A DNA stretch of 64,000 bases from positions 152,830,001-152,894,000 of the forward strand of contig NC_043000.1 in NCBI RefSeq assembly GCF_006345805.1, in the 5' to 3' direction. Position numbers and translations under genes: made by a program. The stretch comes from Octopus sinensis (Eukaryota). This document shows, one piece after another, positions 50,381 to 62,037 of this stretch (positions are counted from its first letter, which is position 1; the number at the start of each line of letters is the position of its first letter). The notes under the pieces are model-generated. The model did not search any database, was not told where the DNA came from, and was given only the letters and a program-made list of their open reading frames with translations.

Positions 50381-50465
50381 CTTTCCCGAAGAGAAGATTG
50401 CATTGTTTATACCTTTTATTCTTTTGAATAAGTATCAGTGGAATTTTTGAAACATATGTAGAAAG
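50381..50465 (+). ncRNA. Hammerhead motif, CCGAAGA core variant, long stem II
   Basis: ctttc CCGAAGA gaagatt...aattttt GAA ACATATGT A gaaag. Confidence 0.7.
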
Positions 50466-50942
50466 AAAAAATACTTGTTTAAACCTGCGTTAACTCCATT
50501 TTTTATTCCTATATATATATATATATATATATCCAACCCATGCTAGCATGGAAAGCGGACGTTAAACGATGATGATGATGATGATGATGATATATATGAA
50601 TGACATTCATGTACAATGATCACATGATGTCAAAACAAGGAGACATAAATATACTCATGTTCACACATACAATCATATATCCACCATCAACATTTAATGT
50701 TCACTTCTCCATATTTACATGAGTCAGACAGGATTTGTTGAGGCAGATTTTGTACAGCCAGATGTCCTTTCTGTTGCTAACCCTCACCTGCCTCCCAGCA
50801 AGGAAATATTTCCTCATGGCCAGGCAATGTTTTTCACAGAAGACTGGAAATAAACAACGTTTCTTGCATGATGATGATGCTCGTTTACAACCATCATGCC
50901 AAGACAAGAGTGCTTACAAACTCATATATGCATATACATATA

Positions 50943-52163
50943 CAGGGTGTGTAAGATATTTGAGGACAGATTTATGTTTAAATAAAGAACAGATATATAA
51001 TAACAGATAATAACTTTATTTATCAAAAAATGCTATGAGGATAAAAACAAACCTTTTCTATAATGTTATTCAATAAAGCCACCTTCAGCTTCAACAACTG
51101 CTTCCATATGAGATCTAAATCATCTACATGCTCAAATCAAGTGGTCTTGGTTCATTTTGGACATTACTCTGACTATGGCAGCTTTCCTCTCTACAACGCT
51201 CCACATGTAATAGTCCAGCGGATTGAGATTTGGGGAATTAGGAGGCCAAATGTTAGGGGTTATGTGATCATGAAAATTTTCAGCCATCCATTCTTGTGTT
51301 ACTAGAGCCATGTGTGATAGTGCAGAGTCTTACTAAAACACATATGGCCTTCCATTGCATACACTGTCTATCCAGGGCTTACCAATTATTTCCAGGACTT
51401 CATTGTAGGTGGCAGAGTTAACTCTAAGACCTTGTAGAAAGAAGTAAGGAGGCATCACATGTCCTTCATTGCTGGCAACCCCAAAAACCATGACAGTTGC
51501 AGGAAATTTTCTATGTATAATACTTGGAACTTCAGAAAGGTCTGCACATAACCATCTGTCATTTCTTCTGTTAACTTTTTGAACTCAGTCGAAGTTTTTC
51601 TCGTTTGAGAAAAACCAAATCAAATCATCTGCTGGATTTTTCAGTTTGTTTAAGAACCTTTTAGATCTGATGTAGTGATTTTCTTTTGCATTTTTTGACA
51701 AATTAACCCTTCCCCATCATATAAGACTTATATCTGATGTCTTCATGGACAACATTTCTGACTGCTCCTTCTGACGTATGGAGATCTTTTGCAATTTACC
51801 TCATGGACTTTCTGGGACTGTAATCAATGGTCTGTTGAACTTGCTGGATAAATCCAGATTTTCCTTAAGATTTCAGAGTGTTTAGAATGCATTTCGTGCT
51901 TTGATACTGGTGATATGTTTCCATCTTCTGTCTCTAGCTCCTTACAAACTTTGTAGATGAAAGATCTGGTAACTTTTAAAAACAGATATTTCTAAATCGC
52001 TATGCTCAGACTTTCTAACTACAATAACAGCATGCCTCTTCATCTCTTGCGTAAGCTAAGGGCCTGCCATTATTATTTTCTGAAACAAAAATTATACAGA
52101 GTTAGCGAAAAATGCAGCAATGACCCAAAACAAGATATGTCCTCAAATACCTTATGCACCCTG
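50943..52163 (-). mobile_element. Full-length decayed DD37D (maT-type) Tc1/mariner
   Basis: TA TSD; TIRs of about 30 bp (cagggtgtgtaagatatttgaggac / gtcctcaaataccttatgcaccctg); D-x37-D in F**DSALSH...WPPNSPNLNPLDY. Confidence 0.9.
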
Positions 52164-52171
52164 TACATATA

Positions 52172-52541
52172 GGTGCAGGAATGGCTGTGTGGTAAGTAGC
52201 TTGTTTCCCAATCATATGGTTCTGGGTTCAGACCCACTGTGCTGCACCTTGGGCATGTATCTTATACTATAGCCTCAGACTGACCAATGCATTGTGAGTG
52301 GATTTGGTAGACGGAAACTGAAAGAAGCCTGTCGTATGTGTGTGTGTGTGTGTGTGTTCCCCCCGCCCCAATTGACAACCGATGTTGGTGTGTTTATGTC
52401 CCTGTAACCTAGCTGTTCGGCAAAAGAGACCGATAGAATAAGTACTAGACTTACAAAGAATAAGTCTTGGGGTTGATTTGTTCAACTAAAGGCGGTACTC
52501 CAGCATGGCCGCAGTCAAATGACTTGAAACAAATAAAAGAA
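52172..52541 (+). mobile_element. SINE family 1
   Basis: Head, centre, (TG)n and tail. Confidence 0.88.
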
Positions 52542-52758
52542 AAAATATGTATATATATAATCTGTTACAGTTGTTATATAGCTGCTTGTATAAATACGTG
52601 TTTATATGTGTTACTGTTGTTAAATCGTCTATATATACCTCTTGTCACTTCTGTTATAGCAGTTGTATACTATATCTTGTTACTGTTATAATATACATAC
52701 ATACATATATACAAACATACATACATACATACATACATCTCTCTCTCTCTCTCTCTCT

Positions 52759-52834
<76 letters not shown>

Positions 52835-53111
52835 TTCATATATAATCTATTATTGCTATTATTATACAATTATCTGTTAAAGTTTACTTTAGCAAGCTTC
52901 TGTCCATGTGCAATATATTGGTTTGCCATTGGCTGTTGACTAATCTATTTTAAATCTCTTGACAATTACGGGAGACAACTCTGTACTTCGGTCCGTAACT
53001 GTCCTCACTGTTCTTGCCAAAGTGGTGACGATGGACTAAAGAAGTAAATGTCTAAGAATACACATTGTAGAAAACTTGAAATGTTTAAAGAATGTACAAC
53101 ACAGAGACTCT

Positions 53112-53490
53112 CCATCATCATCATCATTTAGCGTCTGCTTTCCATGCTGGCATGGGTTGGATGGTTCAACTGGGGTCTGGGAAGCCAGAAGGCTGCATCA
53201 GGCCCAGTCAGATCTGGCAATGTTTCTACGGCTGGATGCCCTTCCTAACGCCAACCACTCCTTGAGTGTAGTGGGTGGTTTTTACGTGCCACCCGCATAG
53301 GTGCCAGACGGGGCTGGCAAACGGCCACGATCGAATGGTGCCTTTTACATGCCACCGGCACGGGGACCAGGTGAGGCTGGCAACGGCCATGGTTGAATGG
53401 TGCTTTTTACGTGCCACCGGCACGGGGGCCAGGTGAGGCTGGCAAACGGCCACGGTCAAATGGTGCTTTTTACATGCCACCGGCACGGAG
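53112..53490 (-). mobile_element. RTE LINE 3' UTR fragment with internal repeats
   Basis: (CAT)n then the family UTR. Confidence 0.8.
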
Positions 53491-54000
53491 GCCTAATAAG
53501 AAATTCAGCCATTGTTACCATATTTAATACAACATTTAGTTTATTGGTGATTTGGTACAGACAGTGTGTGGGAAAGTTATTTAAATGATTTGATGATATC
53601 AGAATTGAAGTGTCATTGTGACGGTGTCCTTTTAAAGATAATTATTATTGATACCTGTCATCAAAATATTGATGTCTAAACAAGTCTAACTTTGTGCCAG
53701 TCGTAAGTTGATAGAAAGTGATGTGGCTTGTCTGACATTAAAACAGTTACTCTAATGAATGAATGTTTACTAGCTTTATCAGTAGATAATGTTAAATTTG
53801 AATGGCATTGAATTACAATGGATTCAAGCCTAACTGTTCAGGGTTAAATTTGGTTCACAACTTCATGGTTTGAGGTACAATCTGATGGTGCAGAAATCGG
53901 ATTAGGCCCAAGTGTTTACTATCATAGTCTCTGGTTTTCCAAAAGAATTATGAGTGGAATTTGATAGGTAGAAATTGTAGGAGTTCCGTAGAATTTGGCT

Positions 54001-54205
54001 GATAGACTTCATCTGTTATCTAGTTCATCTGTTAGACTTCATCTGTTATCTAGTTCATCTGTTAGACTTCATCTGTTATCTAGTTCATCTGTTAGACTTC
54101 ATTTGTTACCTAGTTCATCTGTTAGACTTCATCTGTTATCTAGTTCATCTGTTAGACTTCATCTGTTATCTAGTTCATCTGTTAGACTTCATCTGTTATC
54201 TAGTT
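54001..54205. repeat. 30-bp minisatellite, about 7 units
   Basis: Unit gttagacttcatctgttatctagttcatct. Confidence 0.97.
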
Positions 54206-55046
54206 TAACACAACTGCTTGACCCTTGAGTGTTATTGGCAGAGTCCACTTGATTGCAAACATTTGAGCCAGGTAACCTCTTTTTCTCTGCACTTACAGAG
54301 ACTTTGAAATAGGAGTCATGGACTTCCTTTTCTGTCTACACCATTAAACAAAAAGAATTGTAATGAATGGTTTACAGTTGTGACCCACCTCCCCTCTTCT
54401 CTCCCATTCACCTGTCTTTTGCTCCCTTATACATTCTTGCAAACCAACACTCCTAGTTCCTCTCACTCCACTCATTTCTACTCACCTTATACCTTGAGGT
54501 CGGAAGGGCACTTGGACACGTCATCACCATTGTCTACCTGATTATTCTCCTGATTATTCGTACTTTCTCCTTTCTCTTTTAAATGAGTAACCAAATCATG
54601 TAGCTCCCCTATGACAAGAAACTACTTTACTCTCATATTTCGTGCTGTAACTCCTCATCTCCAAGCATAAAGCTGATTCTATCTTGAAGTTTATAGTCTT
54701 TTTGAGCTGCATGATGACTTGATTAGTGCTAGTGACATGAAAAAAAAAAGCACACTGTAAAGTAGTTGGTGCTCGGAAGAGCATCCAGCCAAAGAAACTT
54801 GTCTTTGGACCCATTGATCCTGGTACCCAACCCATGCTAATTGTAACAATGATGTTAAATGATGATGATGAATAAGGATTAATTAAGGTGCATAAATGAT
54901 TGATTGAGAATATAAAATGTAAATTAAAATGGGCATATGCTTGATAATTTCAATATTAAAATTTAAAAAAAGAATACAACTAATGAAAAAATACTTTGGG
55001 AAATTGGAACACATGAATATGACGATGGATTCAAATCTATATTTAA

Positions 55047-55442
55047 CTAGCAGTATCACCCGGCATTGCTCAGGTTTGTTTCGACCCTTTAGAATTGGAA
55101 CTTTTGAAAAGTAAAAAGTTTGCATTATGTAGCTTGTTATTCTCTTTAAGTGAACATTTTTCTGGTTGAAATACACTGAAAAATGGCAACACATCAGTCA
55201 AAAAAATCGTAAAAAAATAGGGATTTTCATAGAAAAAAAGCACCTTTTTGATGTAAATAATTTTTGGTCTTAACATGGTGTGATTTGAATTTTATCTTCT
55301 ATGGAATGAAGAGCAAGCCTTCTTCTATCATACTCTCAATTTTGGTCAACTTGTGCCACAGGGTCTCGGAGGAGATAGTGTTAGTTGAAGGCTACCAAAC
55401 CTGCCACACACAGACAACTTCAACTTTATATATATTTATAGA
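55047..55442 (-). mobile_element. Non-autonomous Helitron, same family as 22823-23204
   Basis: TC start, CTAG end, A/T target; hairpin with CpG decay. Confidence 0.8.
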
Positions 55443-55887
55443 TTGTAAAGTGTATCTTGGGAAAAATCACTCATGAAATCCATACCTCTAAAATCTATAT
55501 CCTTGTGAAGAGTTGAATATAATATAGTAATCTAACAAAAGGCTTGTAATTATACAGATCTCTATTGTGTATAATAATGTGTTGTACCATCCATGTTGTC
55601 TGTTTACAGTTAGGTGGACTTTTTGCTATGGTGACAGCATATTGTCAGATAAATAATGTAAACCAAGGGTACTTCATTAAAAATCTTTTATCATGTCGTA
55701 AGCTACAGCTTTCAGTGAATCTATAAGCTTTAATAAAAGAGAATAATATAACAAGTGGATTATGGGCCATAAGATAATTTCTGTTATAGGAAAATATAGT
55801 TTTTGCCTTAAAACCCTTTCAAAATTGTAATAAAATCTCTTAATGAAAAGATTCTTACTTAACAATCATTAATATTTTTTTTCACAG

Positions 55888-55980
55888 GATATTCTTAAAG
55901 ATTGGTGTGATAGCCTGAAATTAGACCTAATTCTAACTACAGGAGGCACTGGTTTTGCCCCTCGTGATGTCACCCCAGAG
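55888..55980 (+). CDS. GPHN: Gephyrin exon 4 ([31 protein letters not shown])
   Basis: ttttcacag|...GAG|gtaagt; 93 nt; signature [15 protein letters not shown]. Confidence 0.98.
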
Positions 55981-56430
55981 GTAAGTGAAGACTGCACTTA
56001 TTTTTATTTAGTCGAAAATAAACCATTTCTAATTCAGAAATTACTGTATTTACAGAAATTCATCTCTATTATCATGTGTGTATCCCTGTTGCTTTCCTCA
56101 TTTATCCTTACAAATGGTCTAAGATGTAATTCATAGCTAGTATTTATTCATATTTGACTAGAAATGATATAATCAAATGAATAAAGGTAAGTGAGCCATG
56201 GTTAATGGATCATGTGTTCAAATCCACTCTAGGGTTTTCATTGTATTTCAGGCTAGGATGGTACTTTATCTTATTTTATTTATCCATTTATGCATGCCAG
56301 CATGGAAAGTGGACATTAAACGACGATGATGATGAATCTCAAGTATTCATAGGGTTGACACATATTAAATTTGGTGGTTCATAATATAAAATTAGAATGA
56401 TTATTAGAATGAATGTATGAGAAATTTCAT

Positions 56431-56836
56431 AGGTGCAGGAGTGGCTGTGTGGTAAGTAGCTTGCTAACCAACCACATGGTTCCGGGTTCAATCGCACTGC
56501 GTAGCATCTTGGGCAAGTGTCTTCTGCTATAGCCTCGGGCCGACCAATGCCTTGTGAGTGGATTTGGTAGACGGAAACTGAAAGAAGCCTGTCGTATATA
56601 TGTATATATATATATGTATTTGTGTGTCTGTGTTTGTCCCCCATAGCATTGCTTGAAAACCGATGCTGGTGTGTTTACGTCCCCGTCACTTAGCGGTTCG
56701 GCAAAAGAGACCGGTAGAATAAGTACTGGGCTTACAAAAAATAAGTCCCGGGGTCGATTTGCTCGACTAAAGGCGGTGCTCCAGCATGGCCACAGTCAAA
56801 TGACTGAAACAAGTAAAAGAGTAAAGAGTAAAAGAG
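56431..56836 (+). mobile_element. SINE family 1, full length
   Basis: Same organisation as 26165-26572. Confidence 0.9.
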
Positions 56837-57639
56837 TACCTTCATGTATGAACCAATGTGAGAGCTTGTGGATAGTTCCATGGCCTACAAGAAACTGCAA
56901 CCAAATGTCCGTTAGATCACATTATCCTAAAAAGGTAAAGACACAAGGATAATGTTGTTCTAGATTTATTATTCTTTTACTGCTTTCACTCACATCTTTC
57001 AAGTGTTTTAGTCATATCGATTCCAGTACTTCTTTCCATCTGTTATTTATTTTTTCAGTCTCTATTGAAAGCTGTAAATATCATTTTTGACAAAAAAGGG
57101 ACAGAGCCCATAAACGCTAGCATGGATACACAATGTGTGTGTGTGTGTGTGTGCCCTTGTCTGACTCATGCCCTCACCTTCCCACTGTTTGTGGGTGTAT
57201 GTATATATATGCATGTATTCATGTGTGTGGTAAGAAGCTTGCTTCCTAACCACATGGTTCTGGGTTCAGTCCCACTGCATGGCACTTTGGGCAAGTGTCT
57301 TCTGCTCTAGCCTTGGGCTGACCAAAGCCTTGTGAGTGGATTTGATAGAAAGAAACTGAGAGAAGCCCATCATATACATATATATATATATATATACACA
57401 CTAGCAGAGATACCCGGCATTGCTCAGGATTAAAATGGCACAGTTTGCATATATTATATTACAGTTTTGTTGAAACAGGTGATTATGGGAAAGTGCAGCA
57501 TTGACAACAAAACATTTGTGGAGTAAATGATGGACTAATCTGACTAAGTAACATGCTATGCATTCGTTTGGAGTATTTCAGTCCCTCATCTGTCATAGAA
57601 AATTGGGGGTGGGGGTTATGTGATTTTTGAATGCACCAA

Positions 57640-57855
57640 AAAGCTGTCAGTGGATATACTCTCTTTTGCTGCAGTCTGCGTTGTTGTGGTCAATGGTGCC
57701 CACTGAAGCCCAGCAAAAGTCACCAGTGGTGTCCCTCAGGGGACTGTCTTGGACCCGCTCCTTTTTATAATCTACATAAACGACATTTCCAGCATCGTAA
57801 ATCACTGCAAAGTGAAAATATTTGCTGATGACATTAAACTCCATCAAGACATCAT
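57640..57855 (+). mobile_element. CR1-like RT fragment
   Basis: SGVPQGTVL.PLLFIIYINDI...FADDIKL. Confidence 0.85.
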
Positions 57856-57900
57856 TTATATGTGTGTGTATAAGTGTATCTATATATGTATATATATATA

Positions 57901-58279
57901 GGCGCAATGGCCCAGTGGTTAGGGCAGCGGACTCGCGGTCATAGGATCGCGGTTTCGATTCCCAGACCGGGCGTTGTGAGTGTTTATTGAGCGAAAACAC
58001 CTAAAGCTCCACGAGGCTCTGGCAGGGATGGTGGTGATCCCTGCTGTACTCTTTCACCACAACTTTCTCTCACTCTTACTTCCTGTTTCTGTTGTACCTG
58101 TATTTCAAAGGGCCAGCCTTGTCACTCTCTGTGTCACGCTGAATATCCCCGAGAACTACGTTAAGGGTACACGTGTCTGTGGAGTGCTCAGCCACTTACA
58201 CGTTAATTTCACGAGCAGGCTGTTCCGTTGATTCGGATCAACCGGAACCCTCGTCGTCGTAACCGACGGAGTGCTTCCA
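57901..58279 (+). mobile_element. SINE family 3, tail type B
   Basis: Family-3 head; ends gagtgcttcca. Confidence 0.88.
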
Positions 58280-58562
58280 TTTATATATATATAAATATAT
58301 ATATACATATATATCAGCTATGTTTAATGAAATGGTTGAAGGTGATTATGAAAATATAACATAAAATAAATTCATGGTGAATATTTGTCTCTCTGCCCCA
58401 TGCCACAACTACCACCAGTGTGAAGTGTGGGTTTTTGAGCTTCATTAAAGGATGAACAAGCATTTATTGTATATCAGTTGTTTCGGTATTGTTGTTGATA
58501 TAACAGTGAACAATATTTGATTCACTAATCTCTTTTTTTTATTATTTTTCGTTCTTTGGCAG

Positions 58563-58657
58563 GCTACCAAGATGGTCATTGAGAAGGAAGCACCAGGACT
58601 GTCCGTGGCAATGATTCAAAAATCTCTTGAAATCACTCCTATGGCTGTGCTATCTCG
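58563..58657 (+). CDS. GPHN: Gephyrin exon 5 (ATKMVIEKEAPGLSVAMIQKSLEITPMAVLSR)
   Basis: ctttggcag|...TCG|gtatga; 95 nt; ATK.VIE.EAPG and TP.A.LSR motifs. Confidence 0.97.
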
Positions 58658-59356
58658 GTATGAAGGCATTTTCTTTGTATTGCTTTAACTAAGTTAGAAC
58701 TTTATGCAAGAGAGATATGACTACCATTTGGATTGCTGCCATGACTATCATTGTCATCAATTTCATTACTATCATTCTTGTGTTTCATAGTTCTTATCAT
58801 TGCCATCATATTCTACAGTTTTTTACCATCATCAACATTACCGTTTCTTATTTGTTACCATGAATGTCCTTTTTACCATGTTAGTTACCAGCACCATTAT
58901 TTTCATCATATGATCATCACCATCACCACCTGAATAGAAGATAATTGTCCAAGGTGCCATGCAGTGGTCTGAATACGAAACCAAATGGTTAGGAAGCAAA
59001 CTTGTTAACTATACAGCTGTACCTACATCTAGCAATTTTTGTGTCTAGATATGTCCAGAAGTGGTACTCTGGTGGCATGATACAATAACCATCACATGGT
59101 TATTATCATTATCAACACATGGTTGTTATTATCAATATCATTATCATATGATTGATATTATCTAACATCATTGTTATCTCATGATTGTTAGTCAATATCA
59201 CTGTCATCTCATGATTGTTATGATCAACATAATTGTCACCTCATAATTGTTATTGTCAGCTCCATTGTCATTGAAGCTCTCTCTCTATTAACTCCATAAT
59301 TCTTTTTACATTAAAACATAAAATATTGCATTTTGTATGTTTGATTTGCCAAGGCA

Positions 59357-59790
59357 CATCATCATCATCATCATCATCGTTTAATGTTCGCTTTCCATGC
59401 TAGTATGGGTTGGACGATTTGACTGAGGACTGGCAAACCAGATGGCTGCACCAGGCTCCAATCTGATTTGGCAGAGTTTCTACAGCTGGATGCCCTTCCT
59501 AATGCCAACCACTCCGAGAGTGCAGTGGGTGCTTTTACATGCCACTGGCACGAGGGCCAGTCAGGCGGTACTGGAAACAGCCATGCTCAAATGTTGTTTT
59601 TTTACATGCTACCTGCAGAGGAGCCAGTCTAGTGGCGCACTGGCAACGACCTTGCTAGAATGTTTTTTCACATGCCACAGGCATTTTTATGTGCCATTGG
59701 CACGGAAGCTAGTCTGCTGCTCTGGCAATGATCACACTTGGATGGTGTTCTTGCCATTCCACTGGCATAGATGCCAGTTATCGAATTTGA
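59357..59790 (-). mobile_element. RTE LINE 3' UTR fragment
   Basis: (CAT)n then the family UTR. Confidence 0.78.
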
Positions 59791-60305
59791 TTTGATGATA
59801 AACTTCTTTCAGTTTCCTTCTACTAAATCCACTCACAAGGCTTATGGTTATCTGATGGTTCTGGCAACCATAGCAGACAATTCTCGTCTATCAATGATGA
59901 GTCCTTTTATGTACCACAATTCCACATGAAAGGTCCTCTCAAGGTAAATAACACAGTAATCTGTGTTCTGACGCAACCTCTGCATTAAGCTGGAGATCAA
60001 GATTACTGAATAGAAGATAATTGTCCAAGGTGCCATGCAGTGGGCTGAATCTGAAACCAAATGGTTAGGAAGTAAACTTGTTAACTATACAGCTGTACCT
60101 ACATCTAGCGATTTTTGCATCTAGATATGTCCAGGAGTGGTACTCTAGTGGCATGATACAATTTTCATGCATCAAGCTTGTAACTTGGTTTCAGTTCTCA
60201 TTTCTAGCTTCTTCCTGGTACTTCATTGGTTACGACGATGAGTGTTCCAGTTCATCCAATTGATGGAACAGTGGCGGAGCATTTCACAGACACATGTACC
60301 CTTAA

Positions 60306-60525
60306 CACTTTCGTTACTGCATTTATTCTGAGATGCTCTGTGTTTCTTTAAATTACTTTAAATATAACAAAGAATTTAATAAAATAACTTAGTTATCATT
60401 AAGTTAGTGTTAGGAAGATAAATTATGATTAAGGTTTGGTGGAAGATTTTAATTCAAAACTTATGAAAACAAGACATTTGTACTCAGAGCCAGAGCCAGT
60501 TTCAGCCGGGTTGGTAATGAAAGGG
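60306..60525. mobile_element. piggyBac-type MITE inserted in a SINE remnant
   Basis: TTAA on both sides; TIR cactttcgttac / gtaatgaaaggg. Confidence 0.75.
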
Positions 60526-60896
60526 TTAATGTAATTCTCAGGGAGAATCAGCATGACACAGAGTATGACAGGGTTGGCCCTTTAAAATATAGGTGCCACT
60601 CATTTTTGCCAACTGAGTAGACTGGAGCTATGTGAAATAAAGTGTCATTCTCAGACACCACACATCACCAGGAGTTGAACTCACAACCCTATGATCATGA
60701 GCTGAATACCCTCACCACTAAGCTATGTGCCTCCTCAGCTTCTTCCATTACATCATTGTTGGGAAGTGTATGAATGTTGCAACTTAATTTCTTTTCCTAA
60801 AATCCTCAAACTTCCTGTTTGTTAGAAAATTTCATCATACATGAGTATATCTAATTAGCTTGGTTAATGATCTTGATATCTCTGTTATCTCCATAG

Positions 60897-60963
60897 ATTA
60901 GTGTGTGGTATCCGTGGTCAGACCCTAGTAATAAACTTGCCAGGCAGTGCTAAAGCATCTAAG
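60897..60963 (+). CDS. GPHN: Gephyrin exon 6 (LVCGIRGQTLVINLPGSAKASK)
   Basis: ctccatag|...AAG|gtaaga; 67 nt; CGIRG.TL.INLPGS motif. Confidence 0.97.
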
Positions 60964-61447
60964 GTAAGATATATGCTTTATTTCAGATTTGGTATGCACA
61001 TGCACACATACACACACATTTAAACACATGCACTTACACATTTGTAAATAAATATGTGTTTTAAGTGAATAAAAAAAATGTTAATTTCTAGAAAATACAC
61101 TGATGTCAAGCACAAAGCAAAACATAGACCTTTTTAACATTCTTTTTTGTTTAGCCCTGGGCCACTTCTGATTTAGCAGACCTCTGATCAATGGCATGCC
61201 ATCATATCATTTTGGGAATATGTCTAGGCTTACATTGTTTAATATGACTTTTATTTAAAATAGCTGTGATTTCATAGAGGTTTGGATGCCTTTTCTAGTA
61301 GGTTGATTTATATAGCTAATCTCAGCTCATATGCTTCTACTAGTACAGTAGTACTAGTAGACATCATCATAAGCTTATGACTGGTATTATCATAAGCATC
61401 TTGACCATAACCAGTGATGTTATTACAACCAACGGTATACCATTAAA

Positions 61448-61678
61448 GGCGGCGAGCTGGCAGAAACGTTAGCACGCCGGGAGAAATGCTTAGCAGTATT
61501 TCGTCTGCCGTTACGTTGTGAGTTCAAATTCCGTCGAGGTCGACTTTGTCTTTCATCCTTTCGGGTTCGATAAATTAAGTACCAGTTACGCACTGGGGTC
61601 GATCTAATCGACTTAATACCTATGTCTGTCCTTGTTTGTTCCCTCTATGTTTAGCCCCTTGTGGGTAATAAAGAAATA
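61448..61678 (+). mobile_element. Young SINE family 2 monomer
   Basis: TSD ggtataccattaaa at 61434-61447 and 61679-61692; CpGs retained. Confidence 0.92.
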
Positions 61679-62037
61679 GGTATACCATTAAATGTCATGA
61701 TGATAAATTTATAAATAGTTATTAAACAATCTCTCTCAGCAATCATCCAGTCAATGTATAGCTTTGTCCCATACATTTAATTATATGATCTAAGCTGTTC
61801 TTGAAAAAAAACTGAAGACCTTGTACTGATCATTTTCCATCATTCCTGAACATGAATTCAGGTCATAGGGATCTAACTAAATACTGCAAAACTTTTATCC
61901 CAGTGTTTTACTGATTTTTACCTCTCCATCTCTTTACTCTGCGCCAAAATAATGATGATGTTTGCTTTAATAAAAGGTAGGCACAGATATGGGCTGTGTG
62001 ATTAAAAAGTCGCTTCCCAACTATGTGGTTATTATCA

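Noticed and set aside
53015-53075. GTGACGA tggac...gtct, possible decayed hammerhead
   Set aside because: Core and GAAA both broken; cannot be supported by eye
3932-54205. CRISPR-like appearance of the 42-bp, 180-bp and 30-bp arrays
   Set aside because: No unique spacers, no cas genes, eukaryotic context
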